Source: Octopus vulgaris
Taxonomy: Eukaryota
DNA: 64,000 nucleotides
Direction of reading: 5' to 3'
Assembly: GCA_951406725.2 (NCBI GenBank)
Contig: OX597824.1
Location: 51,894,001-51,958,000, forward strand
Shown: positions 51,891 to 64,000 of the stretch, in pieces
Numbering within the stretch: the stretch's first letter is position 1
How the letters are laid out: every line of letters begins with the position of its first letter
The notes under the pieces: model-generated
Told to the model about the DNA's origin: nothing
The model's database searches: none
The model's input: only the letters and a program-made list of their open reading frames with translations
Program-made: the position numbers and the translations under genes

Positions 51891-52428
51891 CTGTCCGTCT
51901 GTTTACATTAAGGTATTCTCTAAACAGTTTTGGTTAAAGGATAATTTTTTTCAGTTTTTTTCTTCTTAATTTACGTATACAGAAGCACCATCGCAATTTC
52001 CGTTTCGATGTCTGATTTCTCTTTCATTTTTCTTTCATTGTACGCTATTGATATTACGAAAGACTACACTCTAAACTAACGCGTAAGTTATTATTTCTTT
52101 TTTCAATAGTTTCCTAAATATTTTCGCGATTGCATAATAAGAATTGCAACAGTCAAGTAAGATGATTTCTTTACGAATGAAAACGAATTTAGTAAATCAA
52201 CTTGGAAATAGAATGAGTTTAATAGAAAATACGGAACAGTTCAATATAATCTGACATTTGAAAAGAGACGAAAATAATCAGAACTACGAAAAGAATCCGA
52301 ATTATTGCTGGATCATCAGTGAGTTTAAAATGCAGAACATGCATTCATTGTAACATTATAGAAGTAATTGGAAAAAAGCTGTATTATTCTAGGTATAAGA
52401 CAAAACTCAATATTATGACAGTATTAAA

Positions 52429-52481
<53 letters not shown>

Positions 52482-52741
52482 CACGCATACACACACACGC
52501 ACACACACATACACATACACGTATCTCTCTCGTTATATCTATCTATCTATACGTAAATTTTCACTTCGAATTTTTTGCGTTAACTGACGTTGCACGTTGC
52601 AAGCAGAGTCGGTGCAGAAACAATTGTAACGAATCCTTAAAGATGTGTTACAGAATGTTTTTGTCTTCTTAAATTCTTATATATATATATATATATATAC
52701 ATACATACATACATACATACATACACATATATATATATGTG

Positions 52742-52838
<97 letters not shown>

Positions 52839-52867
52839 TTGTATTATGTATGCACATAATATTCACC

Positions 52868-54411
52868 CACGGTAGTGTGTGAATGATATTCTTAAGGTCA
52901 ACATTTACTCATTCGCGACGATTTCTAGGCTTTGTCACTCACTTTTTAACCAAATTAGATGGCGTTTACAGTTTTAGATTGGTCATTTCAATCTAAAAAC
53001 TTTGAAAATCGGTTCAGTAGAAAAAAAGTCAAATATGTGAGATCACAAACGGGAGAGTAATGCCTGAAATCGACTTTGAGTCAAAATGTTTTTAATAAAT
53101 TTATATTCTGTTCTATATTTAATAAATATATATTCTATTTTAATGTATATGATAGACCTCGACGACAAAAATCTATCCATGTCATTTATATGCAAAAATA
53201 TTCAGTAGGAAAAAAGGACTGAAGTAAAGACCGGCGAAAAAAAGATTAAAGTCTGAAATCTAATATGATTCGAAATATTATTCCTCATTCAGAAGAAAAC
53301 TATGTTTAAATTTAACCTTTCTGAAAGATTTCGACTACAGAAATTCCATGATGCTAATTATATATATATAAAATTAAAATAAAAAAACTACTGGGGTCAA
53401 ATGTTCCGAAAGCAGAGTTAAAGCCTAAAAGCAAATTCAAAACCCGAACATTTTGTTTTGGTTTAGCTAATATGATAGAACTCATCAAGACGAGTGCCGT
53501 GGTGCTATTAGAAAATATTCAAACGGGAAAAAAAAAATTCTATAAGCTAAATGTGCGAAAAATACGTAAAACAATCATCAAGTAATTGTATTACTGGATC
53601 TTTTCCCTTTCAAACCTAAAACCCTAAAGCTAAAACCAGTACATACGCACGAACGATGTCATAAATAACTGTGACAAACGAAATATACACTGCCGATAGT
53701 TGTTGACAGACAACGGCAGTAATTTTATTCAGCTGAATACGTCATTGATTGGTTGAAATAACTTTGAAAATAGAAACTTTTCTCAACAACACTAAGAGTA
53801 AAAGATTTTTTATATGACACATTCTACCAGTGTCCGAAGTTTGAGAGTGTTTAGTTACAAAAATTAGACGAGCTGGTAGAGTTGTAAACACACATGGTGA
53901 AAGCTTCGTATCATTTCGTCTGTCTCCACATTCTCAGTACAAATTCCTCCAAGGTCGTCTTTGCCTTTTATCTTTTCGATACTCGATAAAATTAGTATCA
54001 GCTGAGCACTGAGGTCGATGTAATTAATTTCCCTCCCATCCGGATTTGACAGCCTTCTGCCAAAATTGGAAACCAATATTGTAAAATGCTTGATTCAATC
54101 CAGTATTTAGGTGTCTTGCAAAGACCTACCTCATATTCATAGAATACACTACATTATAATAAATATCATTCATGCACGGTAGTATGTGAATAATATTCTT
54201 AAGGTCAACATTTACACACACGCGACCACTTCTAGACTTCTATCACTAATTCAGTTTTTTACCAAATTTTATGATGTTTATATATATTTAGATTGGACAT
54301 ATCTTAAGCTATATTTTGAGCTACAAAATTTGAAATTTCGTTCAATAGAAAAAGTTGAGATTTCAAATATGTGAGGTGAAAAAGGGGAGAAAAACGCCTG
54401 AAATCGACTTC
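52868..54411 (+). repeat. Two diverged direct copies (about 220 bp) of a DNA-transposon-like end
   Basis: CACGGTAGT.TGTGAAT.ATATTCTTAAGGTCAACATTTAC..GCCTGAAATCGACTT at 52868-53078 and 54175-54411; a SINE at 53868-54075 lies between them. Confidence 0.7.
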
Positions 54412-54448
54412 AGGGATGTTACACGCGAAACTGCGCACATACATTCGT

Positions 54449-54517
<69 letters not shown>

Positions 54518-54710
54518 CATACACACGTACACGCAAAATGCACACGCACACACATGCACATACACACAAGTAACTTTTAAAACGCCCATGAAGGAAAACA
54601 AAGGCGAGCGCGACGAAAACCTAGCTTTAAGGAGAGATAGGGTAAGTTGTCAACAATTGATGACAAGTGGACTCTTTTCTGCTGTCCATCGTAAATAAAC
54701 ACTCACACGC

Positions 54711-55372
54711 ATACATACATACATACATACATACATACATACATACATACATGCATACATACATACATACATACATACATACATACATACATACATACAT
54801 ACATACATACATACATACATACATACATACATACATGGTGGCTGCTCCCTCGTTATCGAGTATGGCCATTGCACGAAGCTTAATCAATGTTGTTCTCATG
54901 CAATGCCTGTGCAAGATTTTTTTTAAAGTGAGGAAAGGCTGTGCACTGAGTCGATCCCACTCACTAAGCAACAGCAGCCATAATCCGAAAAGAAGAACAA
55001 GTCAACATCATCGGTAACCACTGAGCCGCAGGTTTTATGTCGGAGTTATCCCAGTTACCTTCTCCTAGAAGGATGCCCTAACAAAGGCTAGGAGTCCTTC
55101 ACGCCCAATGGTTTAACTGCGCGATCGGGTATTCAGTCCGATAATTTCTATGTCCCTGCGCATGATACAGACTTAAGACATTTATTGGATGGCCGTTGAC
55201 TCTCAAGAGTTCCTTTGACGGGTTTCGTTTTTCATCCCACAGGGTGTCCAATAAACACCCTCCTCACCAAGCAAGCTTGGTGGGGTTACCGGCTTAGTCG
55301 CCGACGACCCGACCATGCAACAGGTTGTACTGGGTTACCTGTTACCAATAGCACTCGAAAGTGACCTGATAT
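54711..55372 (-). mobile_element. Short non-autonomous RTE-derived element with (TATG)n tail
   Basis: Minus-strand 3' end GGCCATACTCGATAACGAGGGAGCAGCCACC followed by (ATGT)n resembles RTE termini; GC-rich structured 5' part; no ORF. Confidence 0.55.
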
Positions 55373-56316
55373 AACATACATACATACTTACTGCAGAAAA
55401 ATGTTTAAAGTTTAAAGAAAATAAGATTTAGTAACTGGCATTTTCTGCATGATAGTCAATCAGAAAATGAAGGCAAAAATCATTATGCGAGGAGGAATTA
55501 TTATTCAAAAAACGAATGCAAAGCATTACGACGACTAAAGTTGTAAGAACTGAAGTTTTAATAAGTTTAATAAATTTGATTTACTTTTAAACTTTAATTC
55601 AATATTAAGAGTAGCAGAATTTAGATTATTATTTCTTAGGGTAAATTGACAAGGGTTTTGCTTTCAGACAGAATGATTGGATTTTCAGAGTAGCAGGATT
55701 CAGATTTTTTATTTTCAGGCAAGTTGACAAGAACAGTAACTGAATTGCAGGCTTTATTTGCATGAATTTCAACCAACAAACTAACTTTGCTCTAACAAGG
55801 GTAGGTGGCTCCTCCTACCTTACGGTGGATGCATTGGCTAGTTTTGCATTTTAAAAAATAAATGGATAATATTTTATTTATGGAAATTGCAGTTTTAAAT
55901 TGGTTTATGAGAACTGGATTATAATGTGGAATTCTAACATATATATGAAAATTCCATAAAAAAAAAAAATTATCCCTCAAAATTTAATGATATAACATTG
56001 TTGTTCTTTCCTTCTTTCAATAGGCGGACCTGAAGGTTTCTAGTAATACTGTTCAGAAAAGGTAAAAACATAGGTGGCTCCTCGTGCCTTACGGTGGATG
56101 CATTGGTTATTTTTGCATTTTTAAAATCATTTTTATATTAGCCAATGCGACGAAACCCTCTCCAGATAACTTTCCCATTTTTTTTAGAATTTAAGAAAAC
56201 ATATGTGAAAGTTAAAAACATACCATAAAATTCTTATTTTAATTCAATCATCAACAATGATAACTTATTCAGATATTATTTAACAAAAGGATATTTATTA
56301 GTTTTATTGCATTGCC

Positions 56317-56627
56317 TATTTCTTTACTACACACAAGGGACTAAACACAGAGGGGACAAACAAGGACAGACAAACGGATTAAGTCGATTACATCGACCCC
56401 AGTGCGTAACTGGTACTTAATTTATCGACCCCTAAAGGATGAAAGGCAAAGTTGACCTCGGCGGAATTTGAACTCGGGGCGTAACGGCAGACGAAATACG
56501 GCTACGCATTTCGCAAGGCGTGCCAACGTTTCTGCCAGCTCGCAGCCTTACTGAAAAATGCAAAGACGGACGAAATGCCGCTCAACATTTTGTCCGGCGT
56601 GCTAACGATTCAGCCAGCACGTCGCCT
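56317..56627 (-). mobile_element. Composite Nin/Deu SINE (extra head plus full copy)
   Basis: Bounded by a 23-bp duplication TTTATTAGT[T/G]TTATTGCATTGCC. Confidence 0.85.
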
Positions 56628-56743
56628 TTTATTAGTGTTATTGCATTGCCGTGAAAAAAGTGAATCACAATGAATAATACGGGCGAATGCATGCTAATAT
56701 TTTAAAGTCATTAAACCTGGAAAAGTACAGAACATGATTTCTT

Positions 56744-57708
56744 CAGTAGAATTTGCATAATTCGTCACCTCTAAAGTAAACTAAAAAGTGGTTAAGAAAA
56801 GAATCCTATTGTACTTAAAATATTGCAGCCGGGAATAACATTTTCAAAATTAAAATACAGTATATTAGGTAAATTGAGATAATTTATTTTATTTATTATG
56901 AGAATCTAAAAAACAAGTAAATCTTTATAAACATGCTACAAAAATAATCAAATGTATAAATTTAAACAAAAATGTTTTTTTAATCATGTCTTTTGAAATA
57001 TACAATTTAAATACTCATTTTCTGTAGTTGTATCATGTACAAACAATAAAGTATGAAGTTGTAAAAAAATATTGCAAATGATTTTTTCACTTGTATTGAA
57101 ATCCCATTAAAAAAAGAAATTAGTATACATTGATTGCAGTAGAAAGGTCATTTAATGGTTTTAAATCAACCATATGTTTAGTCAATTCTTCCATGTAAAA
57201 AAATTTAATCTGACAAATAAATCATAATTAAAGTTTATTAGTTAGCATTAATACAGAAGAATTAACCTAATTCATCTTTGGCTAATTCGTTACTTCACCT
57301 AATTCGTCACTTTGAATTTTCTCCTAGCGATGACCAATTAGGCGAATTCTGCTGTATTTTTTGGAAAATTACTTTTACTTTATTTCATTTTTAAAATACT
57401 GCTTTTTTCCAAAATAATCCCATGGGTGACGAATTATACAGACTTGAATAATTTTGCTTAAGAAATTTTTTTCTTCAAAATAATAAAAATTTCTGGGGCT
57501 ATACATGAAAAAGTTTAGCCATAGGCTTAAAATCAGATGAGTTTATTTTTGGAAAATCCCAGTTATATTTTTATTATGTTTGTTTTAATAAAATAAAGTA
57601 AATTTTAAAAATGTTATTCTCGACTGCAATATTTTAAGTACAGTAGAATTTTAATTTCAAGTAGATTTTAATTTCCTTTAGAGGTGACGAATTAGGTAAT
57701 TTCTACTG
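56744..57708. mobile_element. Non-autonomous Tc1/pogo-type element with about 110-bp TIRs
   Basis: CAGTAGAATTTGCATAATTCGTCACCTCTAAAG.. / ..CTTTAGAGGTGACGAATTAGGTAATTTCTACTG|TA. Confidence 0.8.
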
Positions 57709-58017
57709 TAGAAATCTTTTTCTGTAATATTCCAGGTGTAATAACTTACGAATATTAACGTGCATGCACTTGCATTTTTCATTGCAATATATATATACAG
57801 GATTTAAATTCGAGCTACTAAAAGTTTCATACCGTGAAAATACAATTGTGGGACAAACATGATACCATGCAATGTGTCTCCAAGTTTTCAGACCAAATAT
57901 ACAACATGGGTGCTCCATTCGAAAAAAAAAAGAACAACGAAAAATGTTGGTCTTCAGAAACAAAGTATAACGTTTTCTGTTTTTTTTTTTTGCAAAAACG
58001 ACCAGCCATGATGTATA

Positions 58018-58243
58018 TTTGAGTCTAAAAGTTTGCTTGGAAACATGGGGTGCAGTGTACAATCTTGTCCGACCATTATATTTTCCGAGGCATGAAACTA
58101 ATAGTAACTCGAATTTATATCCTATGTATACCCCATGTATATCAAATGATATTTATCTCTCATTAGATGAACTACTATTCTTGTTGAGTCCACCAGTAAC
58201 AGAACACAGCTACACACGCACACACAAACACATTCATATATAC

Positions 58244-58275
<32 letters not shown>

Positions 58276-58422
58276 CCATGCGCACACATACATATATATT
58301 TCTACATATACACACATTATATATATATGTAATATATGTATTATATAAATATATATATATATAATATATATATATATATATACATATATTACATATATAT
58401 ATAATGTGTGTATATATATAAT

Positions 58423-58465
<43 letters not shown>

Positions 58466-58670
58466 TAAGGGTAGAAATTGATATTTATATAAGACCATAG
58501 CATATTAAAAAAGAACGAAGATTAAAATATTTATATATATAATGAACACAAAAGTGTAGATATATGTCAGATCAAACTCAACACAGTGTTGAGTTTGATC
58601 TGAGAACATAATCTTTTGTGGAGAATGACGATTTGACGTCATGTTGACTGTCCACTTTTCGTGTTCAGTC

Positions 58671-58731
<61 letters not shown>

Positions 58732-58953
58732 ATATGAATGTGTTTGTGTGTGTGTGTGTAGCTGTGTTCTGTTACTGGTGGACTCAACAAGAATAGTAGT
58801 TCATCTAATGAGAGATAAATATCATTTGATATACATGGGGTATACATAGGATATAAATTCGAGTTACTATTAGCTTCATGCCTCGGAAAATATAATGGTC
58901 GGACAAGATTGTACACTGCACCCCATGTTTCCAAGCAAACTTTTGGACTCAAA
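58018..58953. repeat. Near-perfect inverted duplication
   Basis: 58018-58212 versus 58759-58953: two mismatches seen by eye; arms extend into shared microsatellite. Confidence 0.92.
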
Positions 58954-60974
58954 CATACATATATATATATACATGAATGTACATTTATATGTATGTGTAT
59001 ATATATATATATATAAATATGATTTACTCGTTTAACAAATCTACCGTAAAGCAGGGTAAGGTTGCGTATATGTCTATGTGTACGAGCGTGTGCGTGTATG
59101 TGTGTGTGTGCGCGCACGCGTTCATTTATACGGAGTGTTCGGGTTAAATTTGGAAGTTTTCATAAAAGGAAAGGGACTTGCGTATATTACATCTGGAGCC
59201 AACACTACGACAGAGTTTCTGTATCGTATTTTACGACGAAGATCACAAGTCATCAGAGAAAGAACAAGATTCGCAGGACAGCAAAGAATGAGATCATCAA
59301 CGACGTTCTACTTTGGCTACGCAAATCTTGGTAGACCACATTGAACCTACATAGAGCTCCTAGTTTGAGTGCTCCTAGTGTATCGAGAAAGGTTGACCGA
59401 AGAGACTCCAGTAATCTATTGGATTATAATCAAGGGAGTTAAGAGGCCAGATATTAGGACTGGCGAGGTCGTAGAAATTCTCCGACAACCACTATCTTTT
59501 TCCGGAGGTATACTAAGAGAGCTGATGTTGCTGCCATAGATATAGCGTTCAAGCAGCAACCCTTTTCAGCCAGAGATCAACTAGTCTCCGGCAGCTTCAC
59601 ATAGACATCTGATTTGAACCTAAAGCCGTGTTCAAAGATGTAGGGCTGTATGACGTTACCCTCATATGACGTCACATACGTATATGTATACACCCATACA
59701 TATATATTACTTGTGTGCGCGCGCGCTTATGTGTATGTGCATATGCTTCTTTTTATTTATAAGTAATCTTTCAAGAAAAAGGTAAACGGTTTCTAACAAA
59801 TTAACATCAGTTATATATAGTAAATATAATATAGAAGTGAGAAGTCGAATAGGCATGCTTAAAGGAGGCACGATCACTTTCCCTTTTTCTTTCTCTCCTG
59901 CTTCTCTGCTCCCCCTTTCTATCTCATTATATACACGGACACAAATACACACATACACACATTCATAAGTGCACAGGTATGATACAACAACGCGCATTAG
60001 GCAATTTTTTACCACGTATTTTTGTATACTTTTATATTGGGACAATAGAGGAACGTAACTCAACGTCTTTGTTTTACGCTCTTCAGTTATAAGCAAATGC
60101 ATTGCTGATATCTATCCTTGGTTATGGTATATTCTCCTATATCTTAGATATCTGTCTGTGGCAGTAGTGTATCCTTTTGTATTTCAGATACGGTCTTCTT
60201 GCTTTTGTATCTTTTGTTTATCATTTATTTATACACGTCCTCATTTTCAAGTTGTTTCAACACTTACACGTATAACAAACAAGTATTGACAATTTCCCGA
60301 TATGTCTTAACAAAAGAGAAAGCCCCTTGAATGACAAGCTTCTTGTGAGAATCTCCTTTCTCACAACAGGATAAACTCAATAACAGTGGCAAAAGGGAAG
60401 AGATATTGACAACCTACTTTTACAAGTAGCACGCTGACAGCTCTGTGTTACAATGGCTTTCAATTGTTGGGTCAAATATTAATCTCTTCCGATTAGTACG
60501 GCATTATAGGCTTTGCATGTTAAGTCTAGTATTACCTTTGATCATTGCCTGTGGTAGACTCGGTTGACCTCGAATACTCTTGGCCATTTTACAAAGCGGT
60601 TTACGAATATACAAAATAAATATGCAAATATGAAAGGGAAGAATTGTAATGTAAATAGGTAAGTATGTAAATAAATATTCAAAATAAAATGTAAGTTAGT
60701 AAACAAATATTCAAACATTTCTAGATCATTCCAGAAACGTTTATTTCTATATTAATTTACTTGAATATACAGAATGATAATGATTTTATTTTCGCGAAAG
60801 TATCCGGCTGTCGCTGCTGAATTGCTTTGTCGAGAGTACAATTAGTGGTAAATGTACATATTTATCAAATTTTTACTCTGATCAGAAACGGAATGTACGG
60901 GAGTTTCAAATGCAATATCAATCCAATCCAGTGGAAACAACTTAATGTTACTGTCAATATAGACAACAAAATAA

Positions 60975-61166
60975 GGCGGCGAGCTGGCAGATACGTTAGC
61001 ACGCCGGGCGTCTGTCTTTATGTTCTGAGTTCAAATTCCGCCGATGTCGACTTTGCCTTTCATCCTTTCGAGGTCGATAAATTGGGTACCAGTTGCATAC
61101 TGGAGTCGATCTAATCGACTGGCCTCCTCCTCCAAAATTTCGGGCCTTGTGCTTAGAGTAGAAAAG
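60975..61166 (+). mobile_element. Nin/Deu-type SINE with 15-bp TSD
   Basis: AATATAG[A/G]CAACAAA on both sides. Confidence 0.88.
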
Positions 61167-61877
61167 AATATAGGCAACAAAGTAAATCTCTAAGGTCGCC
61201 AGAACTTACGAGAGGTGCAGTTTGTAACTGCAACAACCTCGAACCCTTACAGTCTCCGCCATTTCATACTCAGTTCTCATTAAATAATCAGAAACTTGAA
61301 CAACACCTCAGACAGTGTTTCGTTTATAAATTAATAATACCAGCAGCATCCATAATCCCATTTTTTCCAAACAGTGTTGAGATACACAACATCAAAGATG
61401 ATTTCAGAGGGCTGTATGTCACTCTCATACCGAAGATATCTGATTATATTAAAATGTGGCAAACAAAACACACAAGACTAGAGAAATACACTGCATGGAT
61501 GGATAATTCAAAGAAATGAACACACGGTAGTCTTCAATATAGTGAGAGGACTGGAGGACTGCATCTGTTGATTGTGCCTGCCTATTGCTCTGATAGCTTA
61601 TGCCTCATATACCAAATTGATGGACCGGGCCGGAGCTACGTAGCAAGAGCAACATTTAGAAGCTATTTTCTGAACAATTACCCAAGCAGCACTTCACCAT
61701 CAATTGCCTCATGACAGACATCTTGAGAAGATCTTGTAAATTGTTATGAACAATTTATATGAATTTAGAAATAGCTACACTTTTAGTAATGGATAAAATA
61801 GGATAGTAAATATTTGTTTGCGATTTTTTAACTATATTTATAGGCAGATAAACAAATCCGTCATGAAACCCAATATA

Positions 61878-63132
61878 CGAGGGGCGTTCAATAAGTAATG
61901 CCCCTGACCCACTTCCCATAGCAGTAGAGCAACGAAACTTGGCACAGTTATTAGTCTTTTTCTACATAGGAAACACCCAGAGTTACGCATTTCTCCCATT
62001 GTTTGATGCAGATCTAGAGACCGTTTTTATAGAAGACCCCAGCTTGTTCTTCCAACCTGAACGCGACTTCAGAAATCAAGGCTGCATCATCTGGGAAACG
62101 CTTTCCTTTCAAAAACAACTTCATGACTGGGAAGAGGTGAAAATCAGAGGGTGCGAGGTCAGGAAAGTAGGGGGGTGGGGGAGGAGTTCATAGCCATACG
62201 CCTGTGCTTCTGATCTGGCGACAAGCGAGTTGTGAACCGGAGCGTTGTCCTGCAGGAGGAGGATGCCTTTGCTGATCTTTCCCTGCCTCTTGATTTTGAT
62301 AGCTACTCTTAATTTCCTCAAAAGTGAAGCATAATAGGCTCCTGCAATTGTGGTACCCTTTGCCAGGAAATCTGTTATCACTACTCCGTCCTGGTCTCAG
62401 AAGACTATGAGCATGACCTTGTCAGCGGAGGGCTGCACCCTTGCCTTCTTTGGAGGAGGTGAGTCACGGTGCTTCCACTGCATTGACTGGGCTTTGGTCT
62501 CTGAATCATCGTGATGGACCCAGGTTTCATCCTGTGTAATCAGTCTTTTGAAAAATTTTGACTCATCTTCTTGGCACATCTCCAAATTCACCCTCGAGCA
62601 CTCGACGCGTTCTTGCTTCTGGAAAGGCGTGAGCAACCTGGGAATCCATCTGGCAGATACCTTTTGCATATGTAAATGGTCATGAATGATAGTTTCCACA
62701 GACCCGGTACTAATCTTGACCTCATAGGCTATTTGGCGAATAATTATGCGTCGATCTTCCAAAATGGCAGCCTCAACTTGACGGACAGATGCCTCATCAA
62801 TGGCAGAAGGGGGCGACCAGATCTGGGAGCTGTTTCTACAGAGTTCCGACTATGTTTGAATTCACGATGCCAGCGTTTTACAAGGTCATATGATGGGGCA
62901 TCATCACCATAAGTTACTTTCATTTCATCAAAAGTCTCCCGTGGTGTGCGTCCTTTCAAATACAAAAACCGGATCACTGCTCGACACTCAACAGGCTCCA
63001 TTTAACACTTGACTCGGTTCAAACACCTGTAAATCAGAAACCACAATTAATTCAGTGCTGTAATTTGCCACTTACTCTATAGAGATTTAAATGATTGCAT
63101 ATGCAAAATTTCAGCTAGATCAAACAACTGCA
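61878..63132 (-). mobile_element. mariner transposon, defective copy 2 (same family as 11901-13148)
   Basis: Intact 3' TIR at 61878; ATG at 63001; WIPRLL, ITQDETWVHH, LQDNAPVH and PDLAPSDFHLF motifs; frameshifts and a TGG>TGA stop; 5' TIR missing. Confidence 0.95.
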
Positions 63133-63554
63133 GCTTTGCATATCTGCATAACAAGTCTATAAAGTATTTAAACTGAATATATAAAGAAAAACATGTATAA
63201 ACAGATAAATATTTATGTCAAGCATTATTTCGGTAAATAAAAGTATTTCTGAGAACGAAGATATTCATCCATGAATTATTCGTTCCAATCACTTCAAAGC
63301 ACAAGGACTTGGAGTGGTGAGCTTCATGTTTTTCCTAAAGAATCTAATAGAATAATAGAAATAGATATGACAGAAAATTGTATCTAGTTCGTCTTTGGCT
63401 TACCATGTATGCTATAACGATCGTCGTAACTTTTGTCTTCAATATGTATGCACGTGTGTGTATAGGGATGCATGCACATATACATTATATTCCTCGTATG
63501 TTTATATTAGGAATATAATATTCACGCAATCACGTATGCATTTGACATGGACAT

Positions 63555-63594
<40 letters not shown>

Positions 63595-63667
63595 CATACA
63601 CGTACATGTATACTTTTGAAACACACACACACACACACAAACATAAACACACATATGGTATAGACAC

Positions 63668-64000
63668 TCGCTTTTTTTCTTTTTTACTTGCGGAGTGTAG
63701 AAGAGACATTACCCCTGACCTTTGCAGGTCCTCCCAGAATCCTGAACTTGATAAAAATGATTTTCTGTTGCAAGCCAATCTACCTACGGAGTTGGGAGAT
63801 ATGATAGATGGTCAGTGTAAAAAAGACTTGATATAGTGAGTAATGCGAGGCCTGAAAGGTGGACGCAATAAAAGTGACAATCTTGGGAAGAGACGAGTAG
63901 GTTGGGATTACCTGAGTGATGGAGGTAAGAGGCCAGCCACTTCTGAGGAATAAATGCCCTTAGGTTAGACACTCCATCGGTTACGGTGACGAGTGTTTCG
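63668..64000 (-). mobile_element. CR1/L2-group LINE 3' end with A-rich tail
   Basis: Minus-strand peptide SSEVAGLLPP..TR..PRITHYIKSF resembles a post-RT C-terminus; ends in AAAAAAGAAAAAAAG. Confidence 0.55.

Noticed and set aside
52868-52880. CACGGTA as a Transib/RSS-like terminus
   Set aside because: Two mismatches to CACAGTG, and no matching opposite TIR, TSD or transposase.
63727-63835. Plus-strand exon SSQNPELDKNDFLLQ..
   Set aside because: Lies antisense within a LINE 3' end, so the open frame and splice-like sites are probably incidental.

Overview
Eukaryotic, AT-rich, extremely microsatellite-dense DNA. The SINE families and repeat landscape point to an octopus (coleoid cephalopod) genome; this is inferred from remembered family motifs, not from a database search. 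No conserved host protein-coding gene is recognisable, and nearly all ORFs in the supplied track are microsatellite translations. The window looks intronic or intergenic. It is filled with tRNA-derived SINEs (Nin/Deu-domain type and CORE type), three mariner copies, Tc1/pogo and hAT MITEs, two internally deleted Helitrons, decayed RTE, R4/Dong and CR1-type LINEs, and many Penelope-like element (PLE) ends next to (TA)n tracts, including one 5'-truncated copy with an uninterrupted RT-thumb/GIY-YIG frame. The most interesting hidden signal is a set of about nine Type I hammerhead-ribozyme (HHR) motifs, intact or decayed, from about five distinct PLE-end families. All have palindromic or near-palindromic stem III; one family has a non-canonical A6U core and another shows stem covariation. 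There are also weaker, unverified splice and promoter signals for overlapping plus- and minus-strand transcripts, a CTCF-like site, and a near-perfect inverted duplication.
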